From: an uncultured Bacteroidales bacterium
Lineage (GTDB): Bacteria > Bacteroidota > Bacteroidia > Bacteroidales > VadinHA17
Assembly: GCA_963737255.1 (NCBI GenBank)
Contig: CAVTSB010000010.1
Location: 71,492 to 135,491 of the forward strand
Direction of reading: 5' to 3'
Length of the DNA: 64,000 bases
Shown here: in pieces, positions 1 to 11,009 of the stretch
How the letters are laid out: every line of letters starts with the position of its first letter
How positions within the stretch are numbered: position 1 is the first letter of the stretch
Notes under the pieces: generated by a model
Seen by the model: only the letters and a program-made list of their open reading frames with translations
The model's database searches: none
What the model was told of the DNA's origin: nothing
Made by a program: the position numbers and the translations under genes

Positions 1-150
1 AATAGCGCTGATCAGACTTACCACCAGTAAGTTTGTACGGGGAGTACTTCTCAAAAAAATCAAATTTGCAGCCTGTCTTGCCATGTCAATTTTTTTCTTC
101 TAATTGGCCGGATCTCTTTAAAGCATTACGATAATACGTGTATACATGCA

Positions 151-1451
151 TCACCTTGCAACTTTGACACACATTAACCTGCTTTGATCACGGATCAGAA
201 GCCTGCCGTTGGCAAGTGCCAGCGGTGCCCAGTTTTGGGTTGGAAATCTTTGATCGCCTGATTCTCCCTTGAGCAGTTCTGATGTTGCAACCGGTTTAAA
301 AGCTGAAGGATCAGGTTCAATAAGATACAACTTACTGGCTCCATCGGTGGCGAGTAGCAAACCATCTGCGAGAATAATACCACCCTTATCAAATAACGGA
401 GCCCTCATGGTTTTCCATTTAATCTGGCCGTCCATACTCATACAAACCATGCCGTCTTTTCTTTCGTTGGTTGAATACTGTGCATAAAAATAGCCATTAA
501 CCAGAACCGGAGGTTGTGTATGTGCACCAAAATCTGCATTTTTATAAAGTTCTGTAACACCAAAGCTGCCATCTGTTTTCTTATCAATTTTTATCATTGC
601 TGCACCGGCCTTGTATCCGCCTGTGATCAGTACTTTTCCTTCGCCTGCATCAACTGCACCCGGGACTGGAATTGCACATTGCCAGTTCGTATATTCCCAC
701 TAGTATTTTCCCTGTAAGCGGGTCAATTCCAACAACTTTACCACCACTTGCTGATGGTCCGCGACCGGCTGAAGCAGTTATCATAACTACATGGTCCTCT
801 TTCCCGACTTTAACTATTGCCGGACTGACATATCCTACAGGACCAAGAGAGGGTGTTGACCACTTAACCTTGCCGGTTAGCTTTTCATAAGCAACAACTC
901 CTGCCTGGGGAGCCTGTGAAGCAATTATAACCAAGTCGCCATAAACTAAAGGACACTGGGTGATTGCCCATGTAGGAATCTTTACTACCGCCGAAATCTG
1001 TCCAGACATTTTTATTCCAGAGTGGCTTGTGCGTATTGATGTCTATGCAATAAAGGTCTCCATTAGGACCGCAGGAATAAATTCGATTGCCGTCCAGAGC
1101 CGGTACACTTCGTGAACCGGGAAACATTACAGATCCTGGAGATGCATAACCAAAATTCCAGAGTTCCTTTCCGCTGGAAAGATCAAAACATCTCATTTTA
1201 TCACCGACCTTGTCATCTCTGTCAAGTAAATAGACCTTACCATCTTTGACAACAGGTCCTCCATAACCGGCGCCCACATTAACTGTCCAAAGGACTTCAG
1301 GACCTTTCTCCGGCCATGTGCGCAAAATACCTTTCTGGTCGGATGTGCTGTTTCTGTTGGGTCCCAGGTACTGGGGCCAGTCCTGGGCGCTTCCGTTAGC
1401 AATGCCAGCTATCATTAAAACTGCCGCAATATAGATCTTACTCTGTTTCAT
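151..1451 (-). pseudogene. PQQ-like (BamB-type) beta-propeller repeat protein, paralog A, disrupted by two frameshifts
   Basis: ORF fragments 885..1469, 650..1009 and 151..597 read consecutively as one ~430-aa protein. It has signal peptide MKQSKIYIAAVLMIAGIANGSAQ, then DWPQYLGPNRNST...GPEVLWTVNVGAGYGGPVVKDGKVYLLDRDD, and ends LIRDQSRLMCVKVAR. It is colinear with paralogs B and C. Frame changes lie near 1000 (extra base in agtaaaGattcc on the minus strand) and near 690. Confidence 0.8.
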
Positions 1452-1576
1452 TTTGTTTACTCCTGTCATTTTTATTATGTAATTTATTATTCAATTAATT
1501 ATGATTCCGGTGTTCCGGATACAGAATTCTGCAAAATTTAATCAATTAGTTCACAGCCGGGTGACGCAATAGTGAC

Positions 1577-1611
1577 AAAAAGAAAAAACCTTACCTGATC
1601 ACGAAACCAGG
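1577..1611 (-). terminator. Candidate rho-independent terminator after the TonB-dependent receptor
   Basis: The minus strand reads CCTGGTTTCGTGATCAGG (short imperfect hairpin, 1594..1611), followed by TAAGGTTTTTTCTTTTT. The stem is weak. Confidence 0.3.
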
Positions 1612-1675
1612 GGCAGCTTCCTTAAGTTCCGCGCAATTCAGTCAGGTGAGACTTGTTTTTATCATTACTGATTTA

Positions 1676-4183
1676 CTAAAATCTCCATCCTAAAGTTGTT
1701 CCAAACATTCGGGGGGGGCCAGGTATCTGTGTAGGTGCACCAAATAAACTACCGGTATTTCCCGCGCTGACAATGTACTCTTCTCCTGAAAGGTTATGTC
1801 CCCAAAAAGCAAGGGTAATATTTTTATATTCAATTCCTCCCCTGAAATTCAGAAGCCCGTATCCCTTTTGTTCCAATCCGGGGGTATTGGCATCCTCAAA
1901 AAATATTTTTGTTTTGTAAGAGTAGGAAGGGATTCCGAACAGGAATGTCTCCCCGGGTAATTTAATCCGGGCATTCAAACCAAATGCAAAACTGTGCTCA
2001 GGTGTCAGTCTGAACATGTTATTGGCGTAAGCCTGTTCATCTCCATCAACATCCTTATCTGCAAAACGGGCATGGATATATGCGTAATTACCAAATAGAT
2101 CCAATTCTTTTAAAAGTGCAAATTTTAAAGTCGCTTCTGCCCCATAGCCATCTGCTTTACCTCCATCCTTTACTATATAATTGAATTCTCCGGTACTGGC
2201 ATCTGCGACCCAGGCTGTTGTCTGGAAATTGAGGTAGCCGTAATAAAAGAGGCCAAGATCAAGCCATAAACGCTGTTGAATGGCAGTTTTGAACCCGAGA
2301 TCGAAGCTGTTTACAATTTCGGCATCAAGAATCTGTTCTTCACCTGCTGATGTAAATTGAAGAACTTTTGGACGGCGCCCCTTCGAATAATTGGCAAAAA
2401 GAATGGTGTTTTCGCTGATTGAATATTTAAGACCTCCACGCCAGGTAAAAGCAAGGTCTGCGATGCTGATTTCCTTCTTATCGCCAGGTTTAAAAAATAA
2501 GTTTGGGTAGTTGCCCGAGAGAAATCCAAGTGTTGAAGGGCTACCCCCGGTCATTTGTGCCATGTTGCTCAGGTCAATCCACTCCTTAATGACACGCACT
2601 CCAGCTGTGAAGCTTAGTTTACCGGTCAGCTGATAATTGGCATCAGCAAACCCCTCAATTGCCCGGTTGGATGCATTGTTATAGTTTTCTTCCTGATGGT
2701 CAGTTACCAGGGGAAGACCAGCCAGAGGACCTAATTGCGGGTCGGGAGGAAGGTTAGTTACCGGAGCAGGCTGGCCGTCGGGTGTAACCAAATAGCCGGT
2801 GTTAAAAAAAAGATGGAACATATCCTGCTCGTTTGGAGAGAACCAGTAATCCTGGGTTGCTTTTTCACTCCAGAAGCTTCCGCCTATACTACCGTTAAGC
2901 TTATTCCTTATTGAGTAGTTGTACCTGATCTCCTGGAAAAACTGTCCGGCACCATTATCTTCACTCATATCGATTGCTGCTGCTGCAGTTCCGTCTCCGT
3001 CCCAGCGTGAATAGGAATCAATATTACGGTAAGAACTAATTGATGTCAGGTAGTTATTCTCATTAAAGGAATGTTTCATGGTCAGGGTTGCATCAAAGAT
3101 ATCCCTCTGAATTTTAAGTCCGTTGCCCTGTTCAAGAGATGCCACATAACCAAACGGATTTGTACTGCTTTCCGTATTGGGATAGTTCATACTCATAAAG
3201 CCAAGTCCCGGATTATCGTCTTTCTGATAGTTCAGCACGAAGTCTATTTTATTTTTGACAGTTGGCAGATAACTGGCCGAAAACCTGCCAGCTATTGTGT
3301 TTTCTCCGTTCAATTTACCGTTAAAAGTGTTTTTTATGTAACCATCCCGGAAATCATAAATTCCGGCAACACGGAACTGCAATTTGTTTTTAATGACCGG
3401 TATATTTACAGCTCCTGTCAGTTCTCTCTGACTTAGATTTCCAAATCCTGCCCTGATAAAACCGTTGAAATCCCCACCTGGTTTTTTACTGATATAATTG
3501 ATTGCACCAATTTCTGCGCCTCTTCCAAAAAGGGTTCCCTGGGGGCCTTTCAGTACGTCGATCTGTTGCATATCGAAGAGTTTCACGGCTGCACCGTCCG
3601 CACGGCTGACAGGAACATTATTATAGAATACTGAGATTCGAGGCTGGGCAGCCGGACTTACCTCATCACTTGTAAGTCCCCGGATGACAAAACTCGGACG
3701 ATTGGGACCCTGCATTCTGATCAGCAAACCCGGAACAAATTCTGATAGTTCATCAAGTTCTTTGATGTTGTTATCTTCAATAAACCTGGTATTTATCACG
3801 CTCATGGTAATAGGAACATCCAGAATCTGCTGCTCCCTTTTCTGGGCCACTACTGTTACCCCATCCAATTTAATCTCATCGGCCGATAATGTCAGATCCA
3901 GGTAATTCTGACCAGGTTGAACATCAAAATCGGTGATTAAGGTTTTAAAACCGACAAATGATACACGCAATTTTAAGTTGCCGGCCGGTATCTGATCAAA
4001 AAGATAATCACCTGTTTCGTTTGCATTTACTCCATAATTAGTACCAACAATTATAACACTTGCTCCGGGAAGGATATTCTTATTTGTATCCAGGATTTTC
4101 CCGTGAATTTTGTTTTGTTGAGTCTGAGCATTGATTGTAAGAATGAGTAAAAAGAGAATAAAAGTTGAAGCAATATGTTTCAT
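1676..4183 (-). CDS. TonB-dependent receptor with N-terminal carboxypeptidase-regulatory-like domain
   Basis: ORF 1676..4231; the likely start is the internal MKHIASTFILFLLILTINAQ signal peptide. Also seen: a CarbopepD_reg-like stretch (GKILDTNKNILPGASVIIVGTNYGVNANETGDYLF), plug motifs (VLKGPQGTLFGRGAEIGAINYISKKP), a long beta-barrel region, and the C-terminal TTLGWRF with terminal Phe. Confidence 0.9.
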   Translation of the reverse strand: MKHIASTFILFLLILTINAQTQQNKIHGKILDTNKNILPGASVIIVGTNYGVNANETGDYLFDQIPAGNLKLRVSFVGFKTLITDFDVQPGQNYLDLTLSADEIKLDGVTVVAQKREQQILDVPITMSVINTRFIEDNNIKELDELSEFVPGLLIRMQGPNRPSFVIRGLTSDEVSPAAQPRISVFYNNVPVSRADGAAVKLFDMQQIDVLKGPQGTLFGRGAEIGAINYISKKPGGDFNGFIRAGFGNLSQRELTGAVNIPVIKNKLQFRVAGIYDFRDGYIKNTFNGKLNGENTIAGRFSASYLPTVKNKIDFVLNYQKDDNPGLGFMSMNYPNTESSTNPFGYVASLEQGNGLKIQRDIFDATLTMKHSFNENNYLTSISSYRNIDSYSRWDGDGTAAAAIDMSEDNGAGQFFQEIRYNYSIRNKLNGSIGGSFWSEKATQDYWFSPNEQDMFHLFFNTGYLVTPDGQPAPVTNLPPDPQLGPLAGLPLVTDHQEENYNNASNRAIEGFADANYQLTGKLSFTAGVRVIKEWIDLSNMAQMTGGSPSTLGFLSGNYPNLFFKPGDKKEISIADLAFTWRGGLKYSISENTILFANYSKGRRPKVLQFTSAGEEQILDAEIVNSFDLGFKTAIQQRLWLDLGLFYYGYLNFQTTAWVADASTGEFNYIVKDGGKADGYGAEATLKFALLKELDLFGNYAYIHARFADKDVDGDEQAYANNMFRLTPEHSFAFGLNARIKLPGETFLFGIPSYSYKTKIFFEDANTPGLEQKGYGLLNFRGGIEYKNITLAFWGHNLSGEEYIVSAGNTGSLFGAPTQIPGPPRMFGTTLGWRF

Positions 4184-4347
4184 TATGTTTTTAGGTTTAA
4201 AAGATTGAGTTAATAATATTTCGATGACCAATCCTCAGTGAAAGCAATGGGAATAATCCATGAACATTCAATTTCCGGTATTTTTTGCCAAAAATTAATC
4301 CGGGAACTCCTCCCTTAAAATTTTGACCGGATCGTGGTCACTATAAA

Positions 4348-5687
4348 TCATCTGGCGACTTTGACACACATCAGTCTTTTCTGATCCCTGATCAGGAGCC
4401 TGCCGTTGGAAAGTGCAATCGGAGCCCAGTTTTGAGTTGTTCCTCCGATCCTTGAGGCCATCGGATCATTGCCTGATGTTTCTCCTTCTGCAAACACCTC
4501 GGCAGATGCAAGAGGCTTAAATCCGTCTGGGGATGGTTCTATGACGTACAATGATCTCCTTCCGTCTGTGGCAAGGATCACTCCGTCGACAAGTATCATG
4601 CTGCCCTTATCGAAGAGTGGTTCTCTTGTTGTTTTCCACATAATCTTTCCATCCATATCCATACAGACAAGGCCATCGCGACGGCTGTTTGTCGTGAATT
4701 GTGCATAGAAATATCCGTTATGCATTATCGGCGGTTTGGTATGATCACCGAACTCGTTATGCTTGAAAAGTTCTGTTACACCATAGATGCCATCACTCTT
4801 TTTTTCAACTTTTAACATAACAACACCGTGTTCATATCCGCCTGCAACAAGCACTTTATTGTTACCGGCATCAACTGCGCTGGGCACTGAAATATGGCAT
4901 AACCAGTCATTGTATTCCCAGAGGATTTTTCCTGTAAGGGGTTCCATACCTACAACCCTGCCGGGTGTCTGGGGCAGATCACGATTGCCGATAGGATTTG
5001 TGGAAGAAACCACAGCCACAATGTGATCTTTACCCTCTATTTTTACGACAGAAGGACTGGCAGTAGGATTCATTCCCGAGATAGGGAGTTTTCCAGACAA
5101 TTTTGCCTGTGCCCTTGTTAAAAGCAATTACACCTGCTTCCGGAGCCTGCGGAGCGACAATCACCAGATCACCATAGACAAGAGGACACTGGGGAATTGC
5201 CCAGATTGGAAGCTTGGTTCCTCCGAAATCGGTCCAGATGTTTTTGTTCCAGACAGGTTTATGGGTATTGATATCGATGCAATACAGGTCGCCGTTATGA
5301 CCGCAGGAATATACATATTTGCCGTCCACGGCAGGTACGCTGCGTGATCCGGGGAACATAACTGATCCGGGTGCATCATAGCTGAATTTCCAGAGCTCCT
5401 TACCGTTTGAGAAGTCAAAACATCTTAAAAGATCACCTGTCTTGTCATCTCTGTCAAGCAGATAAACCTTACCGTCTTTTATTACCGGTCCGCCATATCC
5501 CGGACCAACATTTACGGTCCAGAGGACTTCAGGTCCGCCCACAGGCCAGGATCGCAAGATGCCCTTCTGAGGGGATGTACTGTTCCTGTTTGGTCCAAGG
5601 AATTGAGGCCAGTCCTGTGCACAAACATTCGAATGAAGTGCTGATTATAAGACAAGTGCAGTCAAAAGTGAGATTAATTCTTTTCAT
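4348..5687 (-). pseudogene. PQQ-like beta-propeller repeat protein, paralog B, disrupted by two frameshifts
   Basis: ATG at 5687 gives MKRINLTFDCTCLIISTSF. The frame then slips, with 1 nt missing relative to paralog C in ttcatt-cgaatg. It continues into ORF 5030..5557 (SNVCAQDWPQFLGPNRNSTSPQKGILRSWPVGGPEVLWTVNVGPGYGG...). A second slip near 5060-5100 leads into ORF 4348..5127, which ends LIRDQKRLMCVKVAR. Confidence 0.8.
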
Positions 5688-5694
5688 AGGTATT

Positions 5695-7004
5695 TTATTT
5701 AAATAAAACTATTTGGCAACTTCTAACACACATTAACCTGCTTTGATCCCGGATTAAGTAATTTGCCATCGACAAGGGCTATCGGACCCCAGTTTTGACC
5801 CATTTCAAGGATCTCAGCAGAAGCCAGAGGCTTGAATCCTGCAGGATCCGGTTGTATGAGATACAAGGTTTTATTGCCATCGGTAGCCAGTATCAGCCCG
5901 TCGGCCAGTATCATACTGCCTTTATCAAAAAGCGGGTTACGCATCGTTTTCCACATAACCTTGCCATCCATGCTCATACAGCACAGACCATCGCGTTTGC
6001 TGTTTGTTGAGAACTGGCCGTAGAAATAACCATTGTGCAATATTGGCGGTTTGGTATGATCACCGAAATCATTATGCTTGAAAAGTTCATTTACTGTATA
6101 GCTGCCATCTGCCTTTTTTTCGACTTTTATCATTGCTGTTCCAAGTTCATATCCTCCCACTGCAAGGATTCTGCCTTCACCGGCATCAAGAGCCGGAGAT
6201 GTCTGAATCATATTCTCCCAGTTATTGTATTCCCAGAGAATTTGCCCTGTTTGTGGTTTCAGACCGATTATCCTGCCCTTGGACTTGCTCACTTCCTTGT
6301 GCATAAAGGTATTCGTGGATGAAAATACCATTACGATATGATCCTCTCCCGCAATCTTTGCGACTGACGGGCTGGCATAAGTTTCATTTCCGATAGCTTC
6401 TGTCTTCCATGCGATGTCTCCGGTCAGTTTATTATATGCAACCAGTCCGGAATTAGGATCCTGTGAGTAAGACACGATAAGCAGGTCACCGTAAACAAGC
6501 GGGCATTGGGATATCGCCCATACAGGTGGTTTGGATCCCCCGAAATCTTTCATTATGTTCTTGTTCCATATGGGCTTATGTGTTTTGATATCAATGCAGT
6601 ACAGGTCACCGTAAGGACCGGAGGAATAGACCCTGTTGCCATCGAGGGTCGGAACACTTCTTGAACCCGGATATGAAACTGATCCTGGTGCATTATAACT
6701 GTAGTTCCATAATTCCTTTCCGGTGTTAAAATCAAAACACCTCATAATATCACCTGTTTTATCATCCCTGTCGAGCAAATATACTTTGCCCGTCTTTTAT
6801 GACCGGGCCGCCGTATCCGGGGCCGACATTTACGTTGTCCAAAGAACTTCCGGTCCACTCGGCAGGCCAGGATCGCAGAATGCCCTTCTGAGGGGATGTA
6901 CTGTTCCTGTTTGGTCCAAGGAACTGGGGCCAGTCCTGTGCACAAACATTCGCAATGAAGGCGAATAAGACAACTGCAGTTAAAAGGAAATTAATTCTTT
7001 TCAT
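5695..7004 (-). pseudogene. PQQ-like beta-propeller repeat protein, paralog C, at least four frame disruptions
   Basis: ORF 6762..7004 (MKRINFLLTAVVLFAFIANVCAQDWPQFLGPNRNSTSPQKGILRSWP...) and ORF 5723..6778 overlap in different frames. There is a compensated double shift at 6831..6863. An extra base lies in gacgggcaaag near 6790. A further slip occurs near the 3' end: LLNPGSKQVNVC* reads LLIRDQSRLMCVR... in the neighbouring frame, which stops at 5695. Confidence 0.75.
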
Positions 7005-7193
7005 ATTTTTTATTTTTTAAAGTTATAAATAACAGATTCATGGTAGTCTTTTAATACATCAAAGAGAAAAAACATTGTTCTATGCCGAATTTGCCCGGAC
7101 TCATCTTTTACTTCCTACTGATCATCACTGCTAACATATCACTTCAATTGCATCCTGAGAAATTGATTACTTTTTGGTTCTATGACATTATTG

Positions 7194-7997
7194 TTATCGC
7201 GCTTCGATGTATTTTTTATTAAAAGTATAACTCAGACCTATATTCCAGAGAAAATCATACTCGGATGGAATATTTGATTTCAGTGATTTATTTATCAATC
7301 CCGAGACTGAAAGAGGAAAATTGTTCTTACTGATTAAAAATCCGGTGTTTAAATACACTCCATCATTATCATCCATTTTCAGGTAGTAAATTTCCGGATT
7401 AAGCCTTGCAGCAATATTCTTTGTGATGGGAATGTTTGAAATGCTGGGTCTGAATGAAGCCATCCAGGTGTTCCTGGTTATAAATTTTTCTATGCCCCAG
7501 TTATAAAAAAGGTACAATCCGACACCCAGGTGCTTGTTAAATTGAAAATTAGGCGATATCGCACCAACCAGATACCTTGTTGTCCTGATAATTTCCTGAG
7601 AATCTCCCGTAGATGTATAGGAAGTAATGGTCTTGTAGGAGAAGGAGTAATTTGTATGCAGAGTCACTTTAAGCTTGTCACTGACCGATCCGTAATATCT
7701 CCACCAGAAAACCATGGCCCAGGGTTTCCCGTCAAGGGCAAAACGAAATTGCGGTTCGAAAGTCAGTTTTCGTCCCAGTTTCATATCAAAAACGGCCGCG
7801 GGTTTCCCCAATGTAAGGTTTGGAATTGTGGAGATACCCTTGCTTTGAACGGTGACAACACCGGTAAAACTGCTTATTTTGGCAACGGTACTGTCATTTT
7901 TTTGGGCTGACAGAGAATAAGAAAGGCAGATAAAAAGAAATGATATTGTGATTTCTATCTGTAAACCGTGGGTTCTGTTGTTTGCCATATCTGCCAC
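7194..7997 (-). CDS. Hypothetical secreted protein, beta-barrel-like alternating pattern
   Basis: 267-aa ORF with signal-like ISFLFICLSYSLSAQ and amphipathic beta-strand-like repeats (LSYTFNKKY at the C-terminus). Its start codon directly abuts the stop of the upstream esterase gene (7997/7998). I recognise no family. Confidence 0.5.
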   Translation of the reverse strand: MADMANNRTHGLQIEITISFLFICLSYSLSAQKNDSTVAKISSFTGVVTVQSKGISTIPNLTLGKPAAVFDMKLGRKLTFEPQFRFALDGKPWAMVFWWRYYGSVSDKLKVTLHTNYSFSYKTITSYTSTGDSQEIIRTTRYLVGAISPNFQFNKHLGVGLYLFYNWGIEKFITRNTWMASFRPSISNIPITKNIAARLNPEIYYLKMDDNDGVYLNTGFLISKNNFPLSVSGLINKSLKSNIPSEYDFLWNIGLSYTFNKKYIEAR

Positions 7998-9630
7998 TTA
8001 AATACCATTTGGCTGCAGCTTATCTCCAAGGTTCACTGCCTTTTCAATCACGTCGAGTCTTGCCTTCCTTGGATCTGGTTTTGCAACTGGTTTACCATCG
8101 GATTGCACATCGAGTATCTGGTTTGTTTTCGGATTGTAAAGCGGCCAAATCGGAAGTCCGTCACCATTTGGGTTCCCGGTTTTAGCAAAATTTACCCAGT
8201 AACCATTCATAATCCTTGCTACTTCTTTGTCTCCGGGGTCTGCAGTCCCTCCTTCCGGTACTCTGAGATTATCGAACACAAAGGAAATATCAGTTCCGTG
8301 CCCTGGGCCAAAACGCATCCTTTCTTTCATTGCAGCGGGAACATAAGAGAAAAGAAAAATGTACGCCGGATCGCCTTTCGCAGCTACTGATTGAGCTGCA
8401 AATCTGGCAGGCTCACCCCAGACTTTGTCTGTGTTAAATCTTGTCTGAACCTCTGCAAAATCTTTTAAATCATCAGGATCAAAGGCAGCCTTTGCCTCTT
8501 CTTTCAGTTCCCCGAACATTGAAAACAATTCTTCCTTTGAACTACTGGCATTTACAAAGGCTCCGCCTATTTCCGCACTGTTATTCCCTATCATGAGCGG
8601 GACTCTTGCCTGCCTGCCTGCATTATATGCATCCGAACAATTTTCAACGACAAGCTTACCGTCCAGAATTGGTCCTGAGTAGATTCTGGGTCCGCCCTGG
8701 CCATCATTTTCCTGCCCTCCGTCAACAATCTCTTCAACTTTCAGAGCCCGCAGTCTGGCCAGAGCAGTTGCATCTGTACCCTCGATACCGTGTTTCCGTG
8801 CAAAGTTTATTCCGATTGTTTCCGCTGAAACAGGGTAGTATTGAGATGCATTTTCCTTGCTGATCGGTCTGCCTGTCAGAACGCCATCCCTTCCTCCGCT
8901 TGAATGGCCGATTGCCTTTTGGAACAGTCCGTGGGCCGATGGAATGGTCATCAGGGAATGTATCGAAACGCCTCCTGCAGAGAAGCCAAAAATTGTAACA
9001 TTCTTCGGATCGCCGCCGAATGATGCAATGTTTTGCTTAACCCAGGTGAGGGCAGCAATCTGATCCATGAATGCATAGCTGCCTTTTGGTTCCTCGGGAT
9101 GTTCGGCAGACAATGCCGGAAAGGCAAAATGACCCAGGCGGCCAAGACGGTAATTAATGCTGACAAGGATTACCCCTCTGGTGGCGAAGCCATTTCCGGA
9201 AGTATTGCCCGATCCTCCGACAAATGCCCCACCGTGAATCCACACCATAACAGGCAGCTTTGCTCCCTGCCTGGCGCCCGCAGGCTTCCATACATTCAGA
9301 TAAAGGCAATCTTCAGATGATCCCTGGGAAATTGCCCCCTGGCCACCGCCAAATCCGGCCTGGGCACAGCTTGGTCCAAACTCTTTTGCATCAAGCACAC
9401 CTTCCCATGGAGCAACGTGGCTGGGGAGGTCTCCAGCGAAATTCGCCCACAGGCGGGGCGGCAAACGGAATACCTCTGAAAATGCCCACATCCCCTTCTT
9501 TCACACCTCGCACCATACCTGAGGCGGTTCGGACAATAAGTTCATCCTGTGCAGCATTGGTTGCCGGTTTCTGAGCACTGCACGAGCAGAACATTATGAT
9601 CGCTATACTTATTAATGCTGTTTTCATCAT
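7998..9630 (-). pseudogene. Type-B carboxylesterase/lipase (para-nitrobenzyl-esterase-like), single frameshift near 9424
   Basis: ORF 9391..9630 carries the lipoprotein-like signal ([20 protein letters not shown]) and [22 protein letters not shown] 7998..9491 continues in another frame with [19 protein letters not shown]...EDCLYLNVW...IFGFSAGG (GxSxG nucleophile elbow). Confidence 0.85.
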
Positions 9631-9683
9631 GATAATTATTTAGATTTTAATAAATTACAATTGACGAAGGTTTTATTTCCAGA

Positions 9684-10781
9684 TTAATCCAGTCCTTTTT
9701 CTTTAAGCCATTCCGACATCAAATCAGCTATTTCAATATTGTTCAGATCGGAAAACGGGAAGTGGGTATTGCCTTTAATTCCGATTTCAGGCAGATGAAC
9801 CACTGTAACATCACCGCCATGATGGTTTACAGCATCCCTCCACAATCTAGCCATTTCAAGACGGGCCCGCCATCCATCCTGGCCAGGGTTATCAATTGGT
9901 TTTTCGGGAATAAAGTCACCATAGTAAATAATGATGGGTATTCTGGTAAGCTTCATAAAATCTGATAATGGCACTCCAAACGCGGTGAGCGTACCTCCGG
10001 CCATTGGGATAGGTGCGGGCACTTCTCCTTCGGGAAAAAGAAAGCCGCTTCCAGGCTCGTAAGAAACGATGGCTTTTATATTTTGATTTTTGATAACTGT
10101 TGCCCAACCCATGCCACCTGAATGAGAATGCGTAACGAGAATTGCCGGACCGATTTTATTGAAGAGTGCTGATACGGCATCTGCATTGACATTAATATCA
10201 ATTGGTCCGATGTTGGGTACCATCTGACGAAAATACTGGTTCAGAGTCTCCGGGTCACGCCCGAACTGAACACCCTCAAAATAGTCTGGCCAGATACCTA
10301 CACGAAAAGTACCAAACCACCCCTGTTCGTCGGGTGTTGGTGCAATACTTGCTTCCACCGTGCTGCGGCCTGCATTGCCTCTTCTCGGCTGGTCTATGAG
10401 ATAAACCCCGAAACGCCTGCGCAGGAAAATATTCTGAAAACCTTCCCTTCCGTCGGGTGTTGTTTCCCAGGTTTTGGAAAACAGACCGATACCATGCCAC
10501 ATAACAAGCGGAAATTTGCGGGAATTAACCGGAATCTGGTAAAAAACATAAGCATGATCCCCGTGAAAGGTTTGTCCTGAAGGAGTTTGATTATATTGAT
10601 TGAAAGCGCCGGGATTTGTAATCACTGTTCCGCCAACTGCAAAGCTTCCTTGTTCCTGAATAAGTAAAGGCCCTTTGTCTTTGCTTTCATCATTGGCAGA
10701 ACAAGAAGTAATAAGAGCAGAGACATTGATTAATAAGAGAAACAGGTAAATTCCCGGAATGTATATTTTTGCTTTACTCAT
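9684..10781 (-). CDS. Alpha/beta-fold hydrolase, lipoprotein
   Basis: ORF 9684..10808; the likely start is MSKAKIYIPGIYLFLLLINVSALITSC (lipobox Cys). It has an LVTHSHSGGMGW nucleophile-elbow-like motif and is about 365 aa. Confidence 0.7.
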   Translation of the reverse strand: MSKAKIYIPGIYLFLLLINVSALITSCSANDESKDKGPLLIQEQGSFAVGGTVITNPGAFNQYNQTPSGQTFHGDHAYVFYQIPVNSRKFPLVMWHGIGLFSKTWETTPDGREGFQNIFLRRRFGVYLIDQPRRGNAGRSTVEASIAPTPDEQGWFGTFRVGIWPDYFEGVQFGRDPETLNQYFRQMVPNIGPIDINVNADAVSALFNKIGPAILVTHSHSGGMGWATVIKNQNIKAIVSYEPGSGFLFPEGEVPAPIPMAGGTLTAFGVPLSDFMKLTRIPIIIYYGDFIPEKPIDNPGQDGWRARLEMARLWRDAVNHHGGDVTVVHLPEIGIKGNTHFPFSDLNNIEIADLMSEWLKEKGLD

Positions 10782-10811
10782 AAATATTGCTTTATGGTTA
10801 TATATCATTTA

Positions 10812-10940
<129 letters not shown>

Positions 10941-11009
10941 TTAAATAACCTCCATGCAACATATAATTTACGATACAAAGTTGGGACTAATTTCAGGCGA
11001 TGACTTATA

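Noticed and set aside
1-84. Possible start of a further minus-strand gene (ATG at 84..82, MARQAANLIFLRSTPRTNLLVVSLISAI...) running off the left edge.
   Set aside because: Only 28 codons are visible, with no recognisable motif. That is insufficient to call it.
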